From NCBI GenBank assembly GCA_002385575.1, contig DGDS01000024.1, forward strand, positions 14,315-73,993: a stretch of DNA of 59,679 nt. Reading direction: 5' to 3'. This DNA comes from Bacillales bacterium UBA3946 (GTDB lineage: Bacteria > Bacillota_I > Bacilli_A > ML615J-28 > CAG-698). Shown here one piece after another: positions 26,929-36,762 of this stretch; position 1 is the stretch's first letter, and every line of letters starts with the position of its first letter. Below the pieces are notes generated by a model. The model was not told where the DNA came from and made no database searches. It saw only the letters and a list, made by a program, of their open reading frames with translations. A program made the translations under genes and the position numbers.

Positions 26929-27368
26929 AATACGCCATCAGGCCGCTTGAAGAACGGGACATCGACGACGTCGTCCGCGCCGAGGAGATCATTTACGGCA
27001 CTACGCTCGGCTACGATATGCTTCGTGCCGAACTGAAGATCAACCCGTTCGCGAATTATTTCGTCCTGGAAATCGACGGCGGCTTCGGCGGTTATATCGG
27101 CCTGTGGATCCATGATGAGACCGCCGAGATCATCAATTTTCTCATCATGAAAGAGTATCAGGGGCTGGGATTCGGGAAGATGATGATGAATTTTGTGATC
27201 GATTTGTGCGAGTCGGTCAATGTCAAAACGATCAGCCTGGAAGTCAGAAAGGACAACGAAAAGGCGATCGGTTTGTACGAGAAACTGGGTTTTACCTGCT
27301 CGCACGTACGCAAGAACTATTATACTGATTCGACCGATGCATTGGTCCTAATCAAACATTTGAGGTAA
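26925..27368 (+). CDS. rimI: Ribosomal-protein-alanine N-acetyltransferase (GNAT)
   Basis: GNAT motif A (YQGLGFGKMMMN), LEVRKDNEKAIGLYEKLGF, and a position between tsaB and tsaD as in Bacillus ydiC-ydiD-gcp. Confidence 0.8.
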   Translation: MKYAIRPLEERDIDDVVRAEEIIYGTTLGYDMLRAELKINPFANYFVLEIDGGFGGYIGLWIHDETAEIINFLIMKEYQGLGFGKMMMNFVIDLCESVNVKTISLEVRKDNEKAIGLYEKLGFTCSHVRKNYYTDSTDALVLIKHLR

Positions 27369-27370
27369 TC

Positions 27371-28342
27371 ATGATCGTACTTGGTATAGAAACAAGCTGC
27401 GACGAAACGGCGGCCGCGCTCGTCAAGGACGGACGGGAAGTACTCGCCGACGTCGTGTACTCACAAATCTCCGTGCACCGGGAATACGGCGGCGTCGTCC
27501 CGGAAATCGCCAGCCGTAACCACCTGATGAAGATCACCCTGGTCCTTGAGGAGACGTTCACGCGCGCCGGGATGAAACCGGCCGACATCGACTTGGTGGC
27601 GGTGACGACGCATCCGGGCTTGATCGGCTCGCTCCTCGTCGGAATCAACGCGGCCGGGACCCTAGCCCTGGCGCAGGACAAGCCGCTCGTCGAAGTGGAC
27701 CATATCCACGGGCATATTTACGCCAATTATCTCGAAGGCGATTTCCGTTTTCCGACGCTCGCGCTCGTTGTTTCCGGCGGCCATACTGAACTCGTGCTGA
27801 TGCGCGGCCATTTTGACTTCGAACTTTTGGGTCAGACGTTTGATGATGCCGTCGGCGAATGCTATGACAAGGTCGGACGACTGATCGGGCTGGAGTATCC
27901 GGCCGGACCCGCCCTGGACAAACTCGCGCACACCGGCCAACCCGTTTATGAACTGCCGTTGATCTATCTGGACAAACATGAATACAACTTTTCTTTTTCC
28001 GGGTTAAAGACAGCGGTGTTAAATCTTGTGAACACGCGGAAGATGCGCGGCGAGGAGATCAACCAGGCCGATCTGGCCGCCTCGTTCCAAAACAGCGTCG
28101 TCTGCGTCCTTGTCGATAAAACCATTTCCGCCGCCCGCGCCTACGGCGTCCGCCAGGTCGTCCTGGCCGGCGGCGTCGCCGCCAACCGCGGTTTGCGGGA
28201 GGCGATGAAGGAAGCGGTGGCGAAGCTTGACGACGTGGTATTGACCCTGCCGTCGCTCCGTTATTGCACGGACAACGCGGCGATGATCGCAGCGGCCGGC
28301 TATTTCCAGTATCAGACACAACGAATTGAAAATACTGATTGA
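27371..28342 (+). CDS. tsaD: tRNA N6-adenosine threonylcarbamoyltransferase TsaD
   Basis: LGIETSCDETAAA, GGVVPE.ASR.H, VSGGHT, GGVAAN. Confidence 0.95.
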   Translation: MIVLGIETSCDETAAALVKDGREVLADVVYSQISVHREYGGVVPEIASRNHLMKITLVLEETFTRAGMKPADIDLVAVTTHPGLIGSLLVGINAAGTLALAQDKPLVEVDHIHGHIYANYLEGDFRFPTLALVVSGGHTELVLMRGHFDFELLGQTFDDAVGECYDKVGRLIGLEYPAGPALDKLAHTGQPVYELPLIYLDKHEYNFSFSGLKTAVLNLVNTRKMRGEEINQADLAASFQNSVVCVLVDKTISAARAYGVRQVVLAGGVAANRGLREAMKEAVAKLDDVVLTLPSLRYCTDNAAMIAAAGYFQYQTQRIENTD

Positions 28343-28414
28343 TTTTAGACCCCGATTGTAGTATAATTTTATTAGTATGGTTATTATCTTACCGTGAGAG
28401 ATACCGGAGGAGAC

Positions 28415-30025
28415 ATGAAGATTAAGAAATTCTGGATAGCATTATTGACGATTTTTATAATCCTGTTATCGGGCTGCGGCGGCGACAGTTCCCCTCGGGC
28501 CTTATGGAACAGGTACATCAAGGCCATGAATTCCATGGATCTGGCAAACGTGGCCGCGATTTACTTTATAGAAGGATCCACCGATTATAATCTGTTCATG
28601 GAACAGGACCCGTATGCATATTTTTCTTTCGGATACGTGGAGACCCTGGAATTCAACACCGAGTTGGCCAACGATAAATATTATTGCGCTGACGTAATGA
28701 TCGAAATTGACGGCGATGTCAAGCAGTTTTACGTTTACTTCGTAAAAAACACGGCGAACCAATGGAAATTCATCTCGGAAGTCAATATCACTTCCGGCAA
28801 TCCGTCCGAACTGGGAAATCAACCCGATGCCAACTATTACAGCAACATCGTTAAACAAGACGAAACTTTCAAATATAAATACATTTACGGCAGAACCGCC
28901 GGCGTCAAAGATCCCAGCGATTACATCAAGATCGTGGAACCGCTGAAGAACCAGAAGGTCGTGGAGATCCCGGCAGAAATCGAAGGCGTGCCAGTCAAGG
29001 CTATCGGCGATTATGCGTTCTTCCATTACCGCAAGATCCTGTCGTCCTTTACCCGCCCGACCAGCAAGATGGAGCAGTTAATACTGCCGGACACGCTGGA
29101 AAAAATCGAGGAATATGCTTTCTATCAGTCGGTACGGCTTAAGACCTTGGAACTTCCCGCAAGTCTGATCCAGGTCGGGAACTATGCTTTTGCCGGGTGC
29201 ACCGGCTTGACACAATTGACCATCAACGTCAACGAAAGCGACATGTACGGAAGCCTCACGCCGGTAGTTGGAGTCGACAGCATGTATATTACCGGCGATG
29301 CCAAGATTTATGTCGACGACGTGATCACTTATCAAACGACCGCCAGCGTCAACTGGTCGGTAAGCGACGAAGCGATCGCCACGATTACCGAAAACGGCCA
29401 ATTGACGGCCCTTTCCGCCGGCACGGTCACCATTACCGCGACCAACAAGGCGGATGGCACCAAGCGTTCCTGGGCGACCGTCACGGTCCAGCCGAAACCG
29501 GCCGAAGACCAAAGCAAGAATACTGCCGTCGAGCCGCTTGCGGTGGAGTATTCGTACACGCCGATAATCATCGAAGGCGCGACCAACCAGATGTACGCGG
29601 GCGATTACGCCGTGTTCTCGGTGGACAACTATTCCGTCGGCGACATCATCTGGGAATCGAACAATGCCAATTTGAAGATCCTCCAGCAATACGACGGTAA
29701 GGTCCTCGCCGTAAGCAAGACCGACGCCGCGGTGGTCGTGACCGCGCGCAGCACGAGCGATCCGCACATTTACGGCACCGTCAGTTTCATCATCAGGGAT
29801 GCGTCCGTAAAACTGACGTTTTCGGAAAACTCGCTCGACCGTCTGAACTCCCTGAAGGCAATCTACCTGAACGCCATCAATCCCAACAGCGTCGCGTTTA
29901 AGGGAACGCTGAAATTGAACAGCAATGTAAAGATCTATGTTCCCGCGCGCAGTGTCGAGGCTTATCGCAACAGTGAGGTTTGGAAGTCAATGAAGGACAA
30001 TTTTTACCCGATGGAGACGGAGTAG
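28415..30025 (+). CDS. Surface lipoprotein with BspA-type leucine-rich repeats and Big_2 domains
   Basis: Lipobox LLSGCGG. LRR units are present (IPAEIEGVPVKAIGDYAF; LPDTLEKIEEYAF; LPASLIQVGNYAFAGCTGLTQLTI). A Big_2-like segment is present (WSVSDEAIATITENGQLTALSAGTVTITAT). RBS GGAGGAG. Confidence 0.85.
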   Translation: MKIKKFWIALLTIFIILLSGCGGDSSPRALWNRYIKAMNSMDLANVAAIYFIEGSTDYNLFMEQDPYAYFSFGYVETLEFNTELANDKYYCADVMIEIDGDVKQFYVYFVKNTANQWKFISEVNITSGNPSELGNQPDANYYSNIVKQDETFKYKYIYGRTAGVKDPSDYIKIVEPLKNQKVVEIPAEIEGVPVKAIGDYAFFHYRKILSSFTRPTSKMEQLILPDTLEKIEEYAFYQSVRLKTLELPASLIQVGNYAFAGCTGLTQLTINVNESDMYGSLTPVVGVDSMYITGDAKIYVDDVITYQTTASVNWSVSDEAIATITENGQLTALSAGTVTITATNKADGTKRSWATVTVQPKPAEDQSKNTAVEPLAVEYSYTPIIIEGATNQMYAGDYAVFSVDNYSVGDIIWESNNANLKILQQYDGKVLAVSKTDAAVVVTARSTSDPHIYGTVSFIIRDASVKLTFSENSLDRLNSLKAIYLNAINPNSVAFKGTLKLNSNVKIYVPARSVEAYRNSEVWKSMKDNFYPMETE

Positions 30026-30053
30026 GGTAAAGACAAACGATTACTAAACAATC

Positions 30054-30086
30054 AGCATGACCAAGGAAAATGGTCATGCTTTTTTA
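30054..30086 (+). terminator. Intrinsic terminator after the LRR lipoprotein gene
   Basis: 9-bp stem AGCATGACC / GGTCATGCT followed by TTTTTT. Confidence 0.8.
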
Positions 30087-30198
30087 AAATCCGACCCAAA
30101 CCGGTCGAAAAAAAGTCAAAATCGTTCCTTTCCGGCGGTTTCCGCCTTTCTTAAGTAAGACTTTTTCTGTCTTTTTACATAATATTTTTTAAATACAA

Positions 30199-30227
30199 TT
30201 GTCAAAACATATGAAAAATGATATAAT
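30199..30227 (+). promoter_or_regulatory. SigA-type promoter with extended -10
   Basis: TTGTCA, 17-nt spacer, TATAAT, preceded by TG (TGATATAAT). Confidence 0.65.
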
Positions 30228-30253
30228 TACTATATAATAGTGTAAAAAAGCGG

Positions 30254-31906
30254 TTGGAGGTCGTTTTGGCAATCCTGGAAAAATTCAATTTCGACGTCAT
30301 CATAGCCATCGTCGTTGCCGGGTTTATCGCTTTTGCCTTGTATTTCCGTTTCAAAAGGCAGCTTGCTTTCACGCTTTCCTTCCTCCTGCCGTTCATCATC
30401 ACATACTTCTTATACGATTTCATCGCCGGGTTATCCGAAAAAACCGGGGTCCAGGCCTTTATCGCCAAAGTCCTGCCCTTCGCGGGCGAGAAAAAATACC
30501 CGGCGGCGTTGACGGTCGCCGTTTTGACATACCTGCTTTTCTTCATCATCATCCGCCTGTTCATGCTTTTGTTACGGGAACCCATCGAAGAGCAGATCGT
30601 CAACCGAAACAAATCCTACCTCAAAGCAATCAACGTCGTCATGGGCCTGCTGAACGCCTATGCGACGGTCATGTTGTTGATGTTCGCCTTAACCCCGGTC
30701 GCTGCGATCGACGCTAGCCAACCGGTCACGGCGACGGTCATGAAGACGAGCAACCCCGTTTTCGCGGTCTCGTTTCTGAACGATATGAAGAACAAGGAAC
30801 AGGAATACGCGGACTACCGCGCCGCCCTGGAGCGCCTTTCCGGCGCGAAGGCGGCGGCGGCCTTCGAGGAATTGACGGAAAGGTTGGACGGCGTCGCGGC
30901 GGAAAACGCCCGCTTCGCAAATGACGTTTATCCTGGACTGAATGATGCGTCCCGGGAATTGCTTTCCGCCCACCTTGATGGAGGTGACTACGTCGCGGCG
31001 CTGCTTACCGCTACGGACCAGGGACTGGTCCTGGACCGGATTATCGCCCTGGAGGCCGAAAGCGAGGTCTTGTCGAAACTGCAGGAAGTGCGGACGAAAC
31101 GGGACGGTCATTGGGATCTGTATGTCCTGCTGCGCAAAGAAGGCGCCGACTTCGAGGATTTCTTCGCCGTGGCAACGGCGGTTACCGCCAACACCGAACA
31201 CCTGGCTGCCTCCTTCCGCACCATTAAGGACCGGACCGGCTTTTTCAACCGGGCGGACGAACTTGAATTTTTTCTTGACAATTACCAAAACTATCAGGCC
31301 GCGCTAACGGATACGCCTGCCGGTTTTGACGAATATATCGAAAGCTTTTCCCGGTTATATGCCGATTATGACGACCTGTGCGCCTACGCCGAGCGGTTAC
31401 TAAGAAATTTCTCTGCCGCCGATACGGTAAACGCAAGCATCGCCAGGGCGTTGCGCCGGCTGCTCAAGTGCCGGGACAAGGCGAAACTCTATAGCGACGT
31501 TCCCGTTGCGTTCAACATCGTTTTCGCGGGCGATTCCGGCCGGTGGTACGTGCGCAATCGGTGGGAAAAGCATTACCTGTTCCGTTCCTACCTCATCGAC
31601 GCGATTACCGACCCGGACGCGACCGGATACGGTCTTTACCACCGTTATTTCTTCTACCGTTATCTCAGCCCCGACGCAATCATCTCCGCGGATGATTTGC
31701 TGGAAGGATTGACGGCGCAAGTTAGCGCCGGGCTGTTATCGAAACAACAGGCGACGACCTACCTGAAGCATTTGCTTACCACCGCCGACAGCGTCCTCCG
31801 CGACCCCGATATTCGCAACCGGCTCACGGCCGCCTTTTACGAGGACCTGCGGGACAGCGGCCATGAACTGATTAGCGCCGAAATACAGCAACATTTGGAG
31901 CAATAG
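30254..31906 (+). CDS. Membrane protein: CvpA-like N-terminal TM domain plus ~380-aa all-helical soluble domain of unknown function
   Basis: 4-5 TM helices in the first ~170 aa, with CvpA-like spacing. Start is TTG 30254 or, more likely, TTG 30266 (GGAGG 5 nt upstream). Confidence 0.72.
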   Translation: MEVVLAILEKFNFDVIIAIVVAGFIAFALYFRFKRQLAFTLSFLLPFIITYFLYDFIAGLSEKTGVQAFIAKVLPFAGEKKYPAALTVAVLTYLLFFIIIRLFMLLLREPIEEQIVNRNKSYLKAINVVMGLLNAYATVMLLMFALTPVAAIDASQPVTATVMKTSNPVFAVSFLNDMKNKEQEYADYRAALERLSGAKAAAAFEELTERLDGVAAENARFANDVYPGLNDASRELLSAHLDGGDYVAALLTATDQGLVLDRIIALEAESEVLSKLQEVRTKRDGHWDLYVLLRKEGADFEDFFAVATAVTANTEHLAASFRTIKDRTGFFNRADELEFFLDNYQNYQAALTDTPAGFDEYIESFSRLYADYDDLCAYAERLLRNFSAADTVNASIARALRRLLKCRDKAKLYSDVPVAFNIVFAGDSGRWYVRNRWEKHYLFRSYLIDAITDPDATGYGLYHRYFFYRYLSPDAIISADDLLEGLTAQVSAGLLSKQQATTYLKHLLTTADSVLRDPDIRNRLTAAFYEDLRDSGHELISAEIQQHLEQ

Positions 31907-31926
31907 ACGAAAAAGGGGGAGTTCGC

Positions 31927-32928
31927 TTGGCGAGACCGGAGAAACCGAACATATCCGTCTACGAGCTGGACGCTTCCGGCAAGTATGTCAAGAGCCGGGA
32001 GAGCGAACCGGCGATCGCCGTTCAGGACTCCGCCATCGTCACTTCCGAAATGTCCGAGGAAAAAGCCCGGATCCTGCGCGGCAACCCCTTCATGTATAAT
32101 CCGGAAACATCCGCGGTGTCCGTCTACAGTCTTGAGGACTTCCTCGTTACCTACAAGAAAAAGGAATACGTCCTCGGCGACGTCATCAGGAATCCTGCCT
32201 TTCCCCTCCGGATCCGGAGGAAGATCTTCAAAAAGAACTTCAAGGCCTGGCACAAGGACTATGTGAAGAATAAACGGCGGGTATTCCGGGAAAACTACCG
32301 CACCGTCGAGGTCGTCAAAAGCATCGGCAACGTCAAATTCTCCATCTACGTCGAACTGGCGATCTGGGCGATGCTGGTGGCGATGGTGTTTATCACCGGC
32401 ATCGATTCTCCGCTTTGGGAAAGGATCGCCCAAGGACGGTTCGGATTGTTCATGAAGACAACGCTTACGGCGATGTATGCTTCGGCGTCATGGCTGCGGA
32501 TCGTGGCCAACATCAGCATCTATCTTCTCGTCGCGTTGATCTTCTATTCGCTGTTTTTCCGGCTGATCATCAGGGACTATCGCAAGTATTACCGCGCAGC
32601 CCATGATTACTTGGACAGATCGGAAACCAAGATCAACCGCGATTATAAAAAGAAAAGGAAAAAGGCATACCGATATTACCTACGCTATCTGAAGAAAAAT
32701 GCCTCCATGTACTATCCCCCGCTTGACATCAGTGAAGTCCAGGAGGGCGAGGTCAATATCAGGGTGTTTGATATCGTAAGCAAAGCGACGGTAAACAAAT
32801 CATACCGAATAATGAAGTGGGAACCCTTTTTGAAAATCACCAAGACCGCATTGCTATTCCTGAGCATTGCCGGACTGGTCATCGTTTACGGCTACGGCAT
32901 CGTTTACGTGATTATCGCTGCACTATGA
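31927..32928 (+). CDS. Hypothetical polytopic membrane protein
   Basis: TTG start with AAGGGGGAG RBS. ~135-aa soluble N-terminus, then 3 TM helices, a basic loop (KKKRKKAYRYYLRYLKK) and a final TM. Confidence 0.68.
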   Translation: MARPEKPNISVYELDASGKYVKSRESEPAIAVQDSAIVTSEMSEEKARILRGNPFMYNPETSAVSVYSLEDFLVTYKKKEYVLGDVIRNPAFPLRIRRKIFKKNFKAWHKDYVKNKRRVFRENYRTVEVVKSIGNVKFSIYVELAIWAMLVAMVFITGIDSPLWERIAQGRFGLFMKTTLTAMYASASWLRIVANISIYLLVALIFYSLFFRLIIRDYRKYYRAAHDYLDRSETKINRDYKKKRKKAYRYYLRYLKKNASMYYPPLDISEVQEGEVNIRVFDIVSKATVNKSYRIMKWEPFLKITKTALLFLSIAGLVIVYGYGIVYVIIAAL

Positions 32929-32988
32929 TAAATTGCCAGTTCATAAATTTGCACAACGGACGCCTGCGCGCCCGGGAAAGAGGAAACA

Positions 32989-35900
32989 ATGGAAAATGCA
33001 AAATTAAATAACGGCGAAAATATTACCGAAAACACCGAGCCCGTGGAACTGGATAATATCACCGAAAAAAACGAAGAGGTCGTGTCGGTTGACGAGGAAG
33101 CGCAAGCCGAAATTTCGGCTAGCGCCGCCAAACGCCGCCCTGCCGCCGCTATGACAACCCAGGAAAAGATCGAGAAGATCAGAGCGACCGAGCAGGCGAA
33201 ACTCGAAGCCCTGAAGGAAAGGGAACGGGAAAAGACGAGATTGGCAATTGAAAAGGAACGCGAACGGCTCGAAAGGGAACTTCGGAACGAGATCCGGCAG
33301 TTGGAAGCGCAATTGAAATTGTCGGGCGGCGCCTTTGATGACAACTCGTTCGAGGATGAACCGGTCATCGAACTGAAGTCGGCACCGAAACCAGCAAAGA
33401 AAGCCGTCAAGCAAACCGCTTCCGCCTCCGCAGCGAAGAAAAAAGCCGCGAAGCAGGCTGCGGCCCAGCCGAAGAAGACTGCTGCCAAAGCAAAAACCGT
33501 CAAGGCCGCGGAGCCTGCGGATGAAGCCGTCACTATTGAAGAAAAGATAAAGATCGCGGCCCAGGCGCAGCCGTATAAGATCGTCACCGATCAGTCGGCC
33601 GCGGAACAAGCCGAAGTTGTCACCGCGGCGGAAGCAGCCGCGCCCGCGACGCCGGTCGTCCAGGAGATGGTCCAGCCCGCAGCTTCCGCGCCGGAAGAGC
33701 CTGCCGGCAAACCAGCGAACGGAAAACCTGAGGTGACCGACGCACCGATCAATAACCTCCAGAAGTTGAAAGAGCAGATTATGGCGCAGAAAATGCTCGA
33801 GAAAGAACTGATGGAAAAAGAGGCGAAGAAGGCGCAGGTCCAGGATAAGACGATCAGCGAAAGAATCGCCAGCCTGGGTATGCTGAACGTCGAGGAAGGC
33901 GATCAACTCATTTCCGTCGAGGAATTTGAAGAGCAAAGAAGGATCATTGAAAGCTTGAAGGAGGAAAAGCAGGAACTGCAGTTCAAAGTCGCAAGCCTCC
34001 ACGAAAAACTCGACAAGCTTTTCACATTACAAATTGACGGCATGAACGTCATGGAGGCCGAGGGGTTATCGCCATCCTTCATCGAATACTGCGAAAAGCG
34101 TAAACAACAACTGGACGCCATGAACAAAAAAATCACGGAGCTTGAAAAGATATGTGCTGAAAACGCCCGCCAGATCGATGAGGCGGAAGAGGCTTTCCTG
34201 CGCCTGCAAGAAACCCATCAATTACAGGCGCGCCGGATCGCCGACCTGTCCGAGCAGATCGAAAACGTCGGCAGCCGCCGTCCCGCTTTCGGCTACTCGG
34301 AACCGGCTTACAGTCCGCGCGACTATAACCCGGGATATCGTTCTTCCGAATTCTCCGCGATTTACCGCGAGCTTGACAGCCTGCAAAGGGAAATCAGCCG
34401 TCTTGCTTCGAACATCGAATACGGACCGCGGTTCGGCGGTTTCAAGGACAAGGAACGCGAGCTCGAGAGCCTGAAGGCGGAACTGGAAAGACGGATGGGG
34501 ATCACCCCGTCGGCGTCCCAGCAATGCTGCCCGTATTATCAGGCGCCGCAGCCCCAACCCGTGGTCGCGAACAGCCCCGGCAAGGCGGAACCCGCCAACC
34601 AGAATTCCCAACTTAACGAGGACCTGATCGCGGAGATCAACAAGATCAAGGAAGAAATCGCGGCGATGAAGGAGCAGCAGACCCAGAGTTACAACGAATC
34701 CATCGCCATCATGAAGGAAGTACAGAACGAGATCACCCGCACCCGTGAGGAACAAAAATTCCTCACCGAGCAGAAGGATAAGGACATCGAATACTACAAG
34801 GAAAAATTAGAGGAAAACGAGAAAGAAAAGGCAGAACTGATTTCCGATAAGGAAAAGCACCTCCGCAAGATCGAATATCTGGAGAAGGAAATCGCCGAAC
34901 GCGAGAAGACGATCAGCGAGATGCAGGAGCGTTTGAACAAGTTAAGCGCGGACGATATCATCGATCCCGAGTTCAAGCGCAAGATCCGCGTCGTCCGCGA
35001 CATGGAGAAAGACATCATCGACCGCTTGTCCGAGGAGGAAAACCTGTATCAGAAGAACCTCGAAGAACTCGCGCAGAAGATCGCGGAAAAGAAAAAGGCG
35101 ATTGACGACATCCGCGCCAACATCGAACGCCTCGATCGCAACTACCAGAACAGTTCCGACAAGTCCTCGATGGCCCGCGATGTTTACGAACGGACCAAGG
35201 GCAAGAGCCTGATCGAATTCCAGTTACAACGCGAAAGCCTGAGCGACCTGGAGGACGATTACAAGCGTGTAGAGAACAAATACCAGGAGTTCGAAAAGGC
35301 GAAGCAGGCCGAACTGAACAAGGTCAAGGTCAAGGAAGCGGAAATCGTCGAGTACTACCTCAACCGCCTGCGCAAAGAGATTGCTGAAAGCGAGGGCTTC
35401 CGTTCCTTCCGCGAGGCCTTGCAGGAACGCGAGGATCTCAAGATCCAGCTTGAGGAACTCAAGGCCAACCCGGCCGAGGGCGAAGAACCCGCGTTTCCGG
35501 CGGATCTTGACGACGCCGCGATCGGCAACGAACTGAAGACGGAACGGAAGGACAAGCTCCTCCAGCAGATCGAAAGTCTTGAGGAGGAAATCCGCGCCGC
35601 GAACCTCACCTATAACCAGAGCCATCAGAAGCTGACCGATCTGAAGATCGAACTGGAAAAACGGGTCGAGTACGAGAAGCAACTCCGCGGCAAGGAAGAA
35701 GACGTGGCGAACTTCTATTCGCACAAGCTTTCCCTCAATAAACTGACCAAGCAATTACAGACGATCAACGACCAACTTGATGAAAAGAAGAGCCATATGG
35801 CCAGGATCAATGAGGATCCGATGCTGCGGACCGAGTTCCTCCGGCAGAAGGCTGAAATCAGCGATTTGGAAGTCCATAAGAACGATATCGAGGTGAAAAT

Positions 35901-36108
35901 CGATTATTTCAAGAAGGCGATCAGCGAACTGGAATGCAAGCCGATCATTGGCACTTACATGAAACTGGTCAACCAGATCAACCAGATTCGCGATGCCAGC
36001 AGGGAAATCCGGGAGAACGCGGAATCGGTGAAACTCACGATCCAGCAAAAATCCCAGCTTCTCGAGCAATTAAAAGAAAAACTGAAACGCTATGAGAATC
36101 CGTATTGA
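32989..36108 (+). CDS. 1039-aa cytoplasmic coiled-coil protein with Lys/Ala-rich basic tract
   Basis: RBS AAGAGGAAA. No signal peptide or TM segment. Long E/K/Q/L heptad-like stretches. AKK/AAK-rich tract at aa 130-174. Confidence 0.8.
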   Translation: MENAKLNNGENITENTEPVELDNITEKNEEVVSVDEEAQAEISASAAKRRPAAAMTTQEKIEKIRATEQAKLEALKEREREKTRLAIEKERERLERELRNEIRQLEAQLKLSGGAFDDNSFEDEPVIELKSAPKPAKKAVKQTASASAAKKKAAKQAAAQPKKTAAKAKTVKAAEPADEAVTIEEKIKIAAQAQPYKIVTDQSAAEQAEVVTAAEAAAPATPVVQEMVQPAASAPEEPAGKPANGKPEVTDAPINNLQKLKEQIMAQKMLEKELMEKEAKKAQVQDKTISERIASLGMLNVEEGDQLISVEEFEEQRRIIESLKEEKQELQFKVASLHEKLDKLFTLQIDGMNVMEAEGLSPSFIEYCEKRKQQLDAMNKKITELEKICAENARQIDEAEEAFLRLQETHQLQARRIADLSEQIENVGSRRPAFGYSEPAYSPRDYNPGYRSSEFSAIYRELDSLQREISRLASNIEYGPRFGGFKDKERELESLKAELERRMGITPSASQQCCPYYQAPQPQPVVANSPGKAEPANQNSQLNEDLIAEINKIKEEIAAMKEQQTQSYNESIAIMKEVQNEITRTREEQKFLTEQKDKDIEYYKEKLEENEKEKAELISDKEKHLRKIEYLEKEIAEREKTISEMQERLNKLSADDIIDPEFKRKIRVVRDMEKDIIDRLSEEENLYQKNLEELAQKIAEKKKAIDDIRANIERLDRNYQNSSDKSSMARDVYERTKGKSLIEFQLQRESLSDLEDDYKRVENKYQEFEKAKQAELNKVKVKEAEIVEYYLNRLRKEIAESEGFRSFREALQEREDLKIQLEELKANPAEGEEPAFPADLDDAAIGNELKTERKDKLLQQIESLEEEIRAANLTYNQSHQKLTDLKIELEKRVEYEKQLRGKEEDVANFYSHKLSLNKLTKQLQTINDQLDEKKSHMARINEDPMLRTEFLRQKAEISDLEVHKNDIEVKIDYFKKAISELECKPIIGTYMKLVNQINQIRDASREIRENAESVKLTIQQKSQLLEQLKEKLKRYENPY

Positions 36109-36757
36109 TTCTTCGCTTACCCGGATTTTACCCGATTTCACCATTATCGCCATGAAGATGGAGGTCAAAGTCTCCGACAGCGCGGCGATCAAGGATCTAA
36201 TCGCACAATATGAAAAACAAATCAGGGAGGAATATTCATTGAGTGACATCTTGAATATTCCTCTTATTAAAGAAGGACGCGATGGTTATAAAAAGCTGGG
36301 GAAGGATCCCAGCCGGTATCGTCTGGCTTGCGAATCGCTGTTGCGCAGGATCGTAAAAGGCAAGGGCCTGTACCTCATCAACAACGTCGTCGACGCCGGC
36401 AATGTCCTCTCGATCGAAACGAATCGGTCGGTGGCCGTCCTCGATCATGACAAGATTGTCGGCGACGTCCTGATCAGGTTGGGAACGGAAGCCGATGAAT
36501 ATGTCGGCATCGGCCGCGGCGTGCTAGATGTGAGCAACATTCCCGTTTACGTCGACGAACTCGGACCGTTCGGCTCCACGACTTCCGACACCTACCGGAC
36601 GATGATCACGGAGTCAACTCGCAACATCCTGCTTTTCATCATCTGTTTCTCCGGCGCATTCGTTGCGGAACACAGGGCGTTTGCAATCTCCCTGTTTGAA
36701 AAATACGCAAATGCGCAAAATATTACCGACATTCAAGTTGAAAAACCTAAGGACTGA
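36092..36757 (+). CDS. Stand-alone B3/B4 tRNA-binding-type domain protein (COG3382-like)
   Basis: GRDGYKKLGKDPSRYRLACESLLRRIVKGKGLYLINNVVDAGNVLSIET..VAVLDHDKIVG fits the B3_4 domain of PheRS-beta-related proteins. 17-nt overlap with the coiled-coil ORF. Confidence 0.8.
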   Translation: MRIRIDSSLTRILPDFTIIAMKMEVKVSDSAAIKDLIAQYEKQIREEYSLSDILNIPLIKEGRDGYKKLGKDPSRYRLACESLLRRIVKGKGLYLINNVVDAGNVLSIETNRSVAVLDHDKIVGDVLIRLGTEADEYVGIGRGVLDVSNIPVYVDELGPFGSTTSDTYRTMITESTRNILLFIICFSGAFVAEHRAFAISLFEKYANAQNITDIQVEKPKD

Positions 36758-36762
36758 AAAAT

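Noticed and set aside
32904-34002. 227-aa and 332-aa minus-strand ORFs opposite the 5' part of the coiled-coil gene
   Set aside because: These are a product of the GAA/AAG/GCN-rich repetitive coding sequence. The sense frame has a good RBS, continues for 1039 codons, and has coherent coiled-coil periodicity.
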